64,000 nt of DNA from Candidatus Poribacteria bacterium (GCA_007571305.1 RKRR01000138.1:27331-91330), one strand, 5' to 3'. Positions 36,367-44,842 are shown, counted from the stretch's first letter. Notes: a model not told the origin generated them from the letters alone. Translations and numbers: made by a program.

Positions 36367-38259
36367 TTACCACGGATGCTTATATGATGGCGCGTTGACG
36401 AAGCGATGCATCCCTAATTCCAATTCGATTTGTGTGTAGGGTGATAAATGGACGTGAAGATATGGACCATTGACCGAGACACTGTGTTTGTGTTGGTCGT
36501 CCTTGATGCTTACTGACGTGAACTTGTGTTCACCCATCGCACCCGCTTGCACGATGACATCCCGCGGTTCTGTGGTGTCGAGATTCACCAGTTGCAGTTC
36601 AGTGGTGTCTGCAGCCATTTTGGTAACCAATGCTCCGACATCGGGTGGAAGTCCGGGGCGTTTCTGTTGGCAGTCGAAGTACCGCACCCGCGTCACGAGC
36701 AAACCTCCGTTATAATGCGGCAACGGACCGCCACAGGTGAGTTGAACGAGCCCTTCACATGTGATTGGATTCCGTCGCTGAAAATAAGCGTCTCCATAGT
36801 TCGCGGGGTCTTCGTCGTCATCAGCCATGAAGGCGAGACGTGCCTCGACTTGGGAAAGGTTGTGGTTGAGGATTGTTTCTGGGTATTCGGGATATTCGCC
36901 TCGCATATAGGCAAGCCACCCGCCGTCGTGTCCACCGCTATCCTTGATATGGTGCCATGCATTGATGTCGAATTTTGAGCCTGTCCTTTTGGCGATTTTC
37001 TTTGCCCGTTCCTGATCCATCGGTTCCATTGACATTGCCCATAAATGCGCGACATCCGACGGATGCATCGGCATAAATTCGAACCAGCCGTCCAATTGCA
37101 AAGCCGTGCCGTCTTCATTTGTAATCGGATATTGTAACCATGGACCCGGGACATAATTGACTTTACCCGGGTCACCGTACTTCTGTGGGACGTAAAGCTG
37201 ATCGTTCTTTTGGATGCCCCTTTCAATTAAAATATCAATCTGTGAGCGCGGAAAGTCGAGATATGCCATATCCTGCCAGAGCAACATGGCATTCTGTGCC
37301 GCGATGCCTACCGCTTGTCCAACACTATGCCAACCATGGGGCCAACTCCATCCGTAGTAAGAACCGTACCATTTTCCATCAATATGCTCGCCGATTTCCC
37401 CTGATAGCCCGACGTTGTCTGGGACAATGCCTCCGTTTTCTTTTGTCCGTTCTATCCATGCGTCAACATATTCCCGAACCCATGCCTTGTATTTCTCTCC
37501 GCCAGTCAGTAGGTAGGCATTCGTGGCAAGCGTTGTCGCAGCGAGGTTGACGACAGTGTCCCCGACACCCTGACGTTCATGGTTTATCCTTCCGATATGC
37601 TCACGCAACGGTTCATTTTCCCTAACGGCTTCATGACTCGTGCCTCCGGGGATGTCGTAGAACGGCATGTTATAACCGTCCCAAGGGAAGTATGGATGTC
37701 CAGTGAAAGCCCAGAATGCTGGGCCCTTACTTCCGTTCATCGCGCATTTGATAATTTTGTGATGCGTGTCATAGTTCCGTGCATCTGGGTCTTCATTCAT
37801 GAAGAATCCTGCAAACCGTTTTGCCCGTTCGATGTTCTTCGGGTTTGAGGGATCCGCCATGCAGAGCATGTAAAAGAGATAGTTCCCTTCGCCTTGATGA
37901 AACCAGTCGTAGCCGGGTTGGTATTCTTTGACCACCATCGGATAGCCGTGACCTGTTCCGTATCGTTCCATATCGTTTGTGATGACATCGAATTCCGTAT
38001 CTGCATCCGTTAGGAACCGCGCGTCGCCACCGAGCATATAAAAGAGGGCCCAGTTATGGAAACTCTCGTAGGCATCATCCAACCCGTCGATACTCTGAAA
38101 ATCTGGGTGTGTAGGCCAGAGCAGTGTTCCGTCTGGACGCGTATATTTCTCCATGACTGCTGGCCCTGCGACATTCATTTTGTCAATGAGTTGGCGTTCC
38201 AGTACGGCCCACGTTGGTGGTGTTTGAATTAATGTCTGTGCTTCAATCCTTGGGAACAT
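36367..38259 (-). CDS. hypothetical protein (630 aa)
   Basis: Long ORF with an AAGAGG RBS and Trp/Tyr-rich composition. No family recognised from memory; a glycoside-hydrolase-like fold is only a guess. Confidence 0.7.
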   Translation of the reverse strand: MFPRIEAQTLIQTPPTWAVLERQLIDKMNVAGPAVMEKYTRPDGTLLWPTHPDFQSIDGLDDAYESFHNWALFYMLGGDARFLTDADTEFDVITNDMERYGTGHGYPMVVKEYQPGYDWFHQGEGNYLFYMLCMADPSNPKNIERAKRFAGFFMNEDPDARNYDTHHKIIKCAMNGSKGPAFWAFTGHPYFPWDGYNMPFYDIPGGTSHEAVRENEPLREHIGRINHERQGVGDTVVNLAATTLATNAYLLTGGEKYKAWVREYVDAWIERTKENGGIVPDNVGLSGEIGEHIDGKWYGSYYGWSWPHGWHSVGQAVGIAAQNAMLLWQDMAYLDFPRSQIDILIERGIQKNDQLYVPQKYGDPGKVNYVPGPWLQYPITNEDGTALQLDGWFEFMPMHPSDVAHLWAMSMEPMDQERAKKIAKRTGSKFDINAWHHIKDSGGHDGGWLAYMRGEYPEYPETILNHNLSQVEARLAFMADDDEDPANYGDAYFQRRNPITCEGLVQLTCGGPLPHYNGGLLVTRVRYFDCQQKRPGLPPDVGALVTKMAADTTELQLVNLDTTEPRDVIVQAGAMGEHKFTSVSIKDDQHKHSVSVNGPYLHVHLSPYTQIELELGMHRFVNAPSYKHPW

Positions 38260-38463
38260 GGTTTTTTACCTCTTAGGTTGGGGTTGGTTTCAGTATATCA
38301 TATTGTTGTGTGTTCGTGAAATTCAATTGATGCCATAACTGAAGTGCTCAGTTCCCCTACGCTCACTGTCCCTATTGGCAAAGTTCCCTAATCTCGTCAA
38401 CCCACAATATCCAGTTCCTTCTCATATACACTATAGGCTGACCCGTTCATAGTTAGATTTTCC

Positions 38464-38503
38464 TTGACATCTGCTTCCCGTTATGATACGTTAAATTTAA
38501 CGT
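38464..38503 (+). promoter_or_regulatory. promoter-like hexamers (TTGACA-17 nt-TACGTT) overlapped by a perfect 16-bp palindrome ACGTTAAATTTAACGT
   Basis: The palindrome lies at 38488-38503. A half-site-like CGTTAAATTTAA recurs at about 38665-38679. Confidence 0.3.
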
Positions 38504-38757
38504 GAGTTTGATAAATATTCAGGGTAGACACATTTTCGCTTAAAGTCCCCTGATAAGGGGATTTCGGGGGTTTCTCCCTAAAAAACCGCCTCTTTTTGAG
38601 CAAATATATTGTTTTTTTGCTCAATTTGCGTCCGTTTTGGACCTCTAATATTTTTTTTAAACTGGCGTTAAATTTAATAAAGTGCCCTACTTTGTATGAA
38701 GTTAATTTATGATAGAAAATTACCAAGCGAAGTTTGGATACCCGTGTGTAGACCAAT

Positions 38758-38994
38758 TTGCAAGCATGGAAAGTTTATCTTGATACATGTTGCTTGAGTC
38801 GGCTTCTTGATCCACCAACACAAGTGCGACTTATTGAAGATGAAACCGTTGCTGAAGATGAGGCCGGTAAGTTGATGGAAGTCCCAACAGAGAAAATGCT
38901 TCATGATCGAATTCCGAGGTATCTTTGCAAAAATTGTCAGAGAATGCAGACAAACAAGGGTTTAAAACAATATCTATTACACCTAAACCAATGA
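38758..38994 (+). pseudogene. PIN-domain toxin relic
   Basis: WKVYLDTCCLSRLLDPPTQVRLIEDETVA resembles the KIYLDTCxLxRPxDxxxQxRI N-terminus of one PIN family as I recall it. The remaining ~50 codons lack PIN features. At 78 aa it is too short. Confidence 0.4.
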
Positions 38995-39185
38995 ACATAA
39001 AGGCAGCAATCCAATACTATGAAGGTCTAAATGATGTCGGAAAGGCAGGTTTCATTTTGACACTAAAAAGAGAAGACCAAAAACTCTTTTTAGATGCTTA
39101 TGAAGAGCACTACTACCGATACGATCCAGAAAACGCACCGAAAGTCAAGATATCTGCACACATCTTTGAAGATGAAAAATCCTAA
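38991..39185 (+). CDS. small hypothetical protein
   Basis: The ATG overlaps the previous stop (ATGA). 64 codons with no motif and no clear RBS. Confidence 0.3.
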   Translation: MNIKAAIQYYEGLNDVGKAGFILTLKREDQKLFLDAYEEHYYRYDPENAPKVKISAHIFEDEKS

Positions 39186-39306
39186 CCGATACACATGTAG
39201 CGGGTATGCTCATGACTTTGAAATCTTCTCTTAAGACTTTATTTTTCAAACTCACGTTAGTAGTACTGAAACTTTGCTAACTGATTCCAATTATACAGGA
39301 GATAGA

Positions 39307-39981
39307 ATGTCGAATTCTCGTTACTCGTTACACCAATATTCTGTTGATACATTGTTGAATTGGATTAAGACCGAGGATATAGTTATTCCGGAAATCCAGA
39401 GGCCTTTTGTTTGGACAGCACCCAAAGTGCGTGATTTTATTGATTCACTTTACCATGGCTATCCTGTTGGGTATCTCATTACTTGGCCGAAGTCGGATGT
39501 TTCCCTCCGGGGCGGCGAAGCATCAACCCGTGAAAGGATCCTGATTGATGGGCAGCAGCGCACAATGGCACTTCGAGCGGCATTGCTTGGAAAAAAGGTT
39601 TTGACCAAAAAGTATAAGGAACAGCAAATTCAGATAGCTTTTCATCCTGATAAGGAGAGTTTCGCAGTAGCGACTAAGGCTATCTGTAACGATCCAGAAT
39701 GGATTTCTGACATCTCCACTGTTTTCAACTCTAATTCTGGTCTGCTCCGATTGGTTGATGCGTACTGTGAGAGGAATGACGAGGTGGACAGGTATAAAAT
39801 GGGGGAACGTATAGGGAAACTTTATGAAATTCGGAATAATTCTCTGGGTGTTATTGATCTTACGGCAGACCTTGATATAGATACTATCATGGAAATTATC
39901 GGCCGTATGAATAAAACAAGTTTGCACTTGCCTACGGCGAATTTCATTAAGTCTAGGATGGCCGCTATAAATTCGCCATAG
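39307..39981 (+). CDS. stand-alone DUF262 (GmrS/ParB-like, DGQQR) domain protein
   Basis: IPEIQRPFVWTAPKVRDFIDSLYHGYPVGYLITW and LIDGQQRTMAL. ATG at 39307 follows AGGAG. There is no DUF1524/HNH part. Confidence 0.8.
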   Translation: MSNSRYSLHQYSVDTLLNWIKTEDIVIPEIQRPFVWTAPKVRDFIDSLYHGYPVGYLITWPKSDVSLRGGEASTRERILIDGQQRTMALRAALLGKKVLTKKYKEQQIQIAFHPDKESFAVATKAICNDPEWISDISTVFNSNSGLLRLVDAYCERNDEVDRYKMGERIGKLYEIRNNSLGVIDLTADLDIDTIMEIIGRMNKTSLHLPTANFIKSRMAAINSP

Positions 39982-40039
39982 GTCAAGTTGCCCTGATATA
40001 CTGGTTTTATCAGTATGAGGAAAGGTTATATCTCAATTC

Positions 40040-41353
40040 ATGTCACCGAATGAAATTCTGGAATGGTTTAATCAAGCATCTATTGACAAAGCGTGGTCGT
40101 TTGCTGGCTGCAAGCCATCAGACACAGGGAAATGGACGCATGGTTACCACCGTTATCCTGCCAAGTTTATTCCACAACTTGTTGAACGCTTGATGGATGA
40201 TTACATAACCAATGGGACTGCTAGTGTAAATGATCCATTTATGGGGTGCGGAACGACAGTTGTTAGTGCAATATCGCGCGGTTTTCGCGCGAGTGGAACG
40301 GACATTAATAAAGTTGCTCACTTGGTAACTAAAGCGAAGGCATCGCCTATTGCCCCTGACTACCTTGAAAAAAAGGTTAAACAATTTCTTTCGGGAATTT
40401 TGCCATCGGATGATGAACAGGATATTTTTGATAGAGTGTGGGTACAACCCCATATCCCAAAGAAACATTTAGAAAGAATTGATTATTGGTTTATGGAAGA
40501 GGTGCGGGACGAATTGGGAAGGATCCTGACTTTAATTTATGATGAAGATGATTCGGCTGTTCAATCCTTTTTGGTGGTGGCGTTTAGTCATGTGCTTAAA
40601 ACGTGTTCAATTTGGAGTCAAAGTAGCACTAAGCCGACGCGGGATTTGAAGAAACGACCTACACTACCCTACGATGCTATTAAAAGACACCTTTTTAAAA
40701 TGCTAAAGGGCAATGAACAGTTTTACGGTGTTGTTCCATCTTGCGTTAAAGATAAGCCCGACAGTTTTCTAAATATCCAAGTACGTTCTGCCGAAAGGCA
40801 GCCTGTCCCGGACGACAGCGTAGATTTAATTGTTAGTTCAAGTCCGTATGTAACCAGTTACGAGTATGCCGATCTACATCAACTCTCGACGCTTTGGCTT
40901 GATTTAGCAGATGACCTTAAAGAGTATAAGAAAAAGTTCATCGGGACCTCTTACAAGCAGTATGAAGACAAAACGCTATCAAGTCAAATTGCTTCTAATA
41001 TTGTTGCTGAGATGCTATCTAAAAATAAAAAAAAGGCAAAGGAAATAGAAGCTTTCTTTATTGATATGCAGGGTGTCTTTAAGGAAAGTTTTAGGATTCT
41101 GAAACCGGGTGGGCGATGTTGTTACGTCATTGGGAATACCAAGTTAAGGGGCGTTGATATACTTAACGCTGAAGCATTTGCTGAGTCCTTACAACACTCA
41201 GGTTTTAAGTTGGATCGGCTTATAAAGCGCGAAATTCCACTAAAGATCCTCCCTCAGAAAAGAGATGAAAAAACAGGAAGATTTGCCAGCAAGGATAAAG
41301 CTGACTCCGAAGCATATCCAACGGAGTATATCGTTATTGGGTTAAAGGAATAG
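40040..41353 (+). CDS. DNA amino-methyltransferase (N6-adenine or N4-cytosine class)
   Basis: YPAKFIPQLVERLM...NDPFMGCGTTVV (AdoMet motif I) comes first. DLIVSSSPYVTSYEY ((D/S)PPY-like motif IV) lies about 200 aa later. No C5-MTase PCQ/ENV motifs. Confidence 0.85.
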   Translation: MSPNEILEWFNQASIDKAWSFAGCKPSDTGKWTHGYHRYPAKFIPQLVERLMDDYITNGTASVNDPFMGCGTTVVSAISRGFRASGTDINKVAHLVTKAKASPIAPDYLEKKVKQFLSGILPSDDEQDIFDRVWVQPHIPKKHLERIDYWFMEEVRDELGRILTLIYDEDDSAVQSFLVVAFSHVLKTCSIWSQSSTKPTRDLKKRPTLPYDAIKRHLFKMLKGNEQFYGVVPSCVKDKPDSFLNIQVRSAERQPVPDDSVDLIVSSSPYVTSYEYADLHQLSTLWLDLADDLKEYKKKFIGTSYKQYEDKTLSSQIASNIVAEMLSKNKKKAKEIEAFFIDMQGVFKESFRILKPGGRCCYVIGNTKLRGVDILNAEAFAESLQHSGFKLDRLIKREIPLKILPQKRDEKTGRFASKDKADSEAYPTEYIVIGLKE

Positions 41354-41360
41354 GAGAGTT

Positions 41361-42038
41361 ATGAAATTTGAAGATTTGAAAGATATGTACAGCAAGACAC
41401 AATTAGTAGAGGGAGAGGAAGCTTACAAAACGGTTTCTCAAATTTTGCAGGACGCTAAAGAACTTCATAAGAAAGATTTTTTAAGGGACAAACCCAATGG
41501 GGACCATGAACAAAGTTGGCGGGCTTTCAAGGGAAAGAATTTTGAGAGATTAATCCAACACATTATCACGGAATCAATTGAAGCCCTTGGTATGAAAGTG
41601 ATTAATGGCAATAAGTTAGAACGGAGTAAGAATTTGCCGCTGGAACTGAGACGAGTTAAACGGAACTTAGCAATTGATTACAGAGAATTTGGGTTGCATT
41701 TACCTGATGTTGATATTGTAGTTTATAGTCCAGAAGATCAGGGTGTAATTGCTGTTATCTCGAGCAAAGTTACGTTGCGCGAGCGGATAGCTCAAACAGG
41801 ATATTGGAAACTTAAGTTGTTGGCAGATCAAACCACAGAACATATCAAAGTCTATTTTATTACGCCAGACGAAGACGGCACCTTGACAGACACATATCTT
41901 CCAAAGAAAGGAAGAGCCATTGTAGAAATTGACCTTGATGGTACCTACGTATTAACAGAGGCGGATCTTGATCAAAGTGGCAAGGTCAAACTTTTTGAAC
42001 ATTTTATTGAGGATTTCAAGCAGCTTATTAAAAAGTGA
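41361..42038 (+). CDS. PD-(D/E)xK restriction endonuclease-like protein, paralogue 1
   Basis: GKNFERLI (E), LPDVDIVVY (PD) and VISSKVTLRER (SxK followed by K-x3-R-E-R). Starts 7 nt after the MTase stop. Confidence 0.7.
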   Translation: MKFEDLKDMYSKTQLVEGEEAYKTVSQILQDAKELHKKDFLRDKPNGDHEQSWRAFKGKNFERLIQHIITESIEALGMKVINGNKLERSKNLPLELRRVKRNLAIDYREFGLHLPDVDIVVYSPEDQGVIAVISSKVTLRERIAQTGYWKLKLLADQTTEHIKVYFITPDEDGTLTDTYLPKKGRAIVEIDLDGTYVLTEADLDQSGKVKLFEHFIEDFKQLIKK

Positions 42039-42156
42039 TGGATGTCTTATCTATTTTGGATATAGAATTCTTTTGTGTAAGACATATTGGAGTCGTTTCA
42101 AAATCCGATGCAAAACAGATTTGTGCGCTATCTTGTTTCTGCTATGGAAATACAGC

Positions 42157-42190
42157 ACGGTAGTATATCTTTATTGGGTTAAAGGAATAG
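42157..42190 (+). other. fossil copy of the last 33 nt of the methyltransferase gene
   Basis: ACGGTAGTATATCTTTATTGGGTTAAAGGAATAG differs from 41321-41353 (ACGGAGTATATCGTTATTGGGTTAAAGGAATAG) by one indel and one mismatch. Confidence 0.7.
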
Positions 42191-42196
42191 GTAATT

Positions 42197-42871
42197 GTGA
42201 ACAGTTTTGAAGTTTTGAAAACTCTGTATGGCGAAATGCAAGAGGAACGAGGAGAAGAAGTTTACAAGTATGTTCTCGAACTCTTACAAGAAGTTCAAAG
42301 GGTACGGAACGTATCTGGTAAAGACAAAGGGCAAAGTTCGCGTTCTTCTAATGGACATAATTTTGAAAAATTGATTCAGCATATTATCACAGAACCACTT
42401 GGGGCACTAGGCCTAGAAGTTGTTAATGGTAATACGTTAGGACGGAAGGTTGATCGAAACCTGTCGGAAGCATTAAGACAGGTTAAGCAAAATTTGCTTA
42501 TTGACTATGACAAATTTGAACGCCTTCTGCCTGACGCTGATATTGTTATTTTTAATCCCGAAAATTCGGAAGTTATTGCTATTATTTCATGTAAAATCTC
42601 TTTGAGAGAACGAATTGCTCATACCGTATATTGGAAGTTCAAACTTCTTAAAAGTCAGAAGACAGAACACATCAAACTGTATCTAATTACACTTGATAAG
42701 GACAAACACTTGACAGAAAGGGAACATCCAAAAAGACAGCGAATCATTGTGGAAACGGAGCTTGATAGCACCTATGTACTAACAACAGAGAATCTTGAGG
42801 AAAGCGATAAGGTCAAACTGTTTGAACATTTCATTGAAGATTTTAAACAAGTCATAGAAGAAAGTAAATAA
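42197..42871 (+). CDS. PD-(D/E)xK restriction endonuclease-like protein, paralogue 2
   Basis: GTG start 6 nt after the fossil stop. GHNFEKLI, LPDADIVIF and IISCKISLRER. The C-terminus KVKLFEHFIEDFKQ is identical to paralogue 1. Confidence 0.7.
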   Translation: MNSFEVLKTLYGEMQEERGEEVYKYVLELLQEVQRVRNVSGKDKGQSSRSSNGHNFEKLIQHIITEPLGALGLEVVNGNTLGRKVDRNLSEALRQVKQNLLIDYDKFERLLPDADIVIFNPENSEVIAIISCKISLRERIAHTVYWKFKLLKSQKTEHIKLYLITLDKDKHLTEREHPKRQRIIVETELDSTYVLTTENLEESDKVKLFEHFIEDFKQVIEESK

Positions 42872-42875
42872 TATA

Positions 42876-43769
42876 ATGAAAATTGCAAATGCCCCGTGTT
42901 CCTGGGGCGTACTTGAGTTTGAGTTAGACGGTGAAGCACCCGGCTACGTACAAGTGTTAGACGAGATGCACACTCTCGGCTATCTCGGCACCGAATTGGG
43001 CGATTGGGGGTTTATGCCAACAGATGCGAAACGCCTCCGTGCCGAACTTAAGGAACGGGACTTAACGCTGTTAGGGGCATTCGTAGGTGTCGCACTGGCT
43101 GATAAAAAAACACATGCATCAGGTGAAGAAGTGGCACTACGGCATGCCCGTTTGTTAGCCGATGTCGGTGGACAAACACCTTTCATCGTGCTTTCGGATG
43201 ATAACGCTACCACAGAATTGCGTACCCGCTATGCCGGTCGCATCCGTCCTGAACATGGGTTGACACCAGCACAGTGGGATACGTTTATACAGGGCGCGCA
43301 CCGTATCGCCCGATCTGTGCGAGAAGAGACGGGACTTCGCACCGTCTTCCATCCACACTGTGCAGGATATGTAGAGGCCCCAGCAGAAGTGGACACATTG
43401 ATGGAACGCACCGATCCAAACCTCATCGGATTGTGTTTCGATACAGGACATTACCGATTCGGCGGCGGTGATCCGATTGAAGCGTATGCCTGCCACGCTG
43501 ACCGGGTCTGGCACGTTCATTTCAAGGATTGTCATCCCGATATCGCCGCCCGTTCTCGTAAGGAGGAGTGGGATTATTTCGAGGCTGTTGGGAATGGCGT
43601 TTTCTGCGAGTTAGGCAACGGGGACGTTGACTTCCCTGCGTTCCTTGAAGAATTACGAAAACGAGACTACGACGGCTGGATCGTTGCGGAGCAAGATGTC
43701 TTACCGGGGATGGGCAGTCCGTATGAGAGCGCGGAGCGAAATCTGCGGTATCTGAATTCAATTGTATAA
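42876..43769 (+). CDS. sugar phosphate isomerase/epimerase (xylose isomerase-like TIM barrel; inosose dehydratase-like)
   Basis: MKIANAPCSWGVLEF start, conserved His/Asp/Glu pattern (HPH, DTGH, EQD), and an adjacent inositol-dehydrogenase-like gene. Confidence 0.8.
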   Translation: MKIANAPCSWGVLEFELDGEAPGYVQVLDEMHTLGYLGTELGDWGFMPTDAKRLRAELKERDLTLLGAFVGVALADKKTHASGEEVALRHARLLADVGGQTPFIVLSDDNATTELRTRYAGRIRPEHGLTPAQWDTFIQGAHRIARSVREETGLRTVFHPHCAGYVEAPAEVDTLMERTDPNLIGLCFDTGHYRFGGGDPIEAYACHADRVWHVHFKDCHPDIAARSRKEEWDYFEAVGNGVFCELGNGDVDFPAFLEELRKRDYDGWIVAEQDVLPGMGSPYESAERNLRYLNSIV

Positions 43770-43815
43770 CCCTGAAATAGAAATTGACCTGCAATGTGGA
43801 GTTAGGAGACCTTTG

Positions 43816-44835
43816 GTGAACAAATCCTCAAAAATCGGTGTTGGTGTTATCGGCGCAGGGCGTATTGGTAGACTTCATATTGAGCATCTTGCACAGCGTA
43901 TACCAGAAGTCGACCTCATCGCGATTTGTAGTTTGGATTTCGACAACCTTGAGGCTCTCGACGTACAGTTTAATGTGCCGAAATTGGCTGCCGATTACAA
44001 TATCCTCTTGGAGGACCCACAGATTGATGCGGTGCTTGTTGCCTCTTCAACGGATACACACGTAGAAATTAGCCAAGCCGCCGCACAGGCAGGAAAACAC
44101 GTCTTTTGTGAGAAACCGATTTCCTTAGATTTGGAGCAGATTGATGAAACCTTGGCGATTGTTGAGAAAGCAGGCGTTAAGTTTCAGGTCGGTTTCAATC
44201 GTCGGTTTGATGTAAGTTTCGCGCGTATCCGTGAAGCCGTTGCCTCTGGAGAGATTGGCGAGCCGCACATCCTGCGGATCACGAGCCGAGACCCCTCACC
44301 GCCACCGATTGAATACGTTAAGGTTTCCGGCGGTATTTTTCTTGACATGACCATCCACGATTTCGATATGGCGCGCTATCTCATCGAGGACGAGGTTATT
44401 GAAGTCTACGCGGCGGGCGGGGTGCGTATTGACCCACAGATCGGTGAGGCGGGTGACATTGACACTACTGTTATCACCTTACGATTCCAAAATGGGGTTA
44501 TCGCAACTATTGATAACAGCAGAAAGGCTGTCTATGGTTACGACCAACGTGTTGAGGTTTTCGGTTCAAAGGGGATGGTTACGGTGGCGAACCCACGGAC
44601 GAATACCGTTACGTTTAGCGGGAATGAGGGGACACGCGCTGCATCGCCTCCATATTTTTTTGTGGAACGTTACAAGGAGGCGTTTCTCTCGGAGTTACAA
44701 GCGTTCTTTGCGTGCATTCAGGAGGACACGTCGCCGCCAGTTACAGGTGAGGATGGTCGCGCGCCTGTTGTGATGGGGCTCGCCGCATTGAAGTCACTCC
44801 GCGAAAATAGACCTGTGCTCTTGTCGGAAATTTAA
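43816..44835 (+). CDS. Gfo/Idh/MocA family oxidoreductase (inositol 2-dehydrogenase-like)
   Basis: GTG at 43816 follows AGGAG. KIGVGVIGAGRIGRLH and CEKP. The track start at 43762 overlaps the upstream gene. Confidence 0.85.
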   Translation: MNKSSKIGVGVIGAGRIGRLHIEHLAQRIPEVDLIAICSLDFDNLEALDVQFNVPKLAADYNILLEDPQIDAVLVASSTDTHVEISQAAAQAGKHVFCEKPISLDLEQIDETLAIVEKAGVKFQVGFNRRFDVSFARIREAVASGEIGEPHILRITSRDPSPPPIEYVKVSGGIFLDMTIHDFDMARYLIEDEVIEVYAAGGVRIDPQIGEAGDIDTTVITLRFQNGVIATIDNSRKAVYGYDQRVEVFGSKGMVTVANPRTNTVTFSGNEGTRAASPPYFFVERYKEAFLSELQAFFACIQEDTSPPVTGEDGRAPVVMGLAALKSLRENRPVLLSEI

Positions 44836-44842
44836 CGCTTCT

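Noticed and set aside
36470-37550. Several 80-177-aa ORFs on both strands inside 36367-38259
   Set aside because: They are nested within or antisense to the 630-aa ORF, which has a proper RBS. No recognisable domains.
38481-38756. 91-aa minus-strand ORF in the island leader
   Set aside because: It is Lys/Phe/Leu-rich low-complexity translation of AT-rich DNA. It spans the palindromes and hairpins and has no RBS.
41968-42210. 80-aa plus-strand ORF bridging the two nuclease genes
   Set aside because: It overlaps the end of paralogue 1 and the MTase-3' fossil in a different frame. It has hydrophobic nonsense composition.
38260-42875. Prophage or integrative element status for the AT-rich island
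   Set aside because: There is no integrase, no flanking tRNA and no detectable direct repeats at the borders. It is treated as a defence islet of unknown insertion mechanism.
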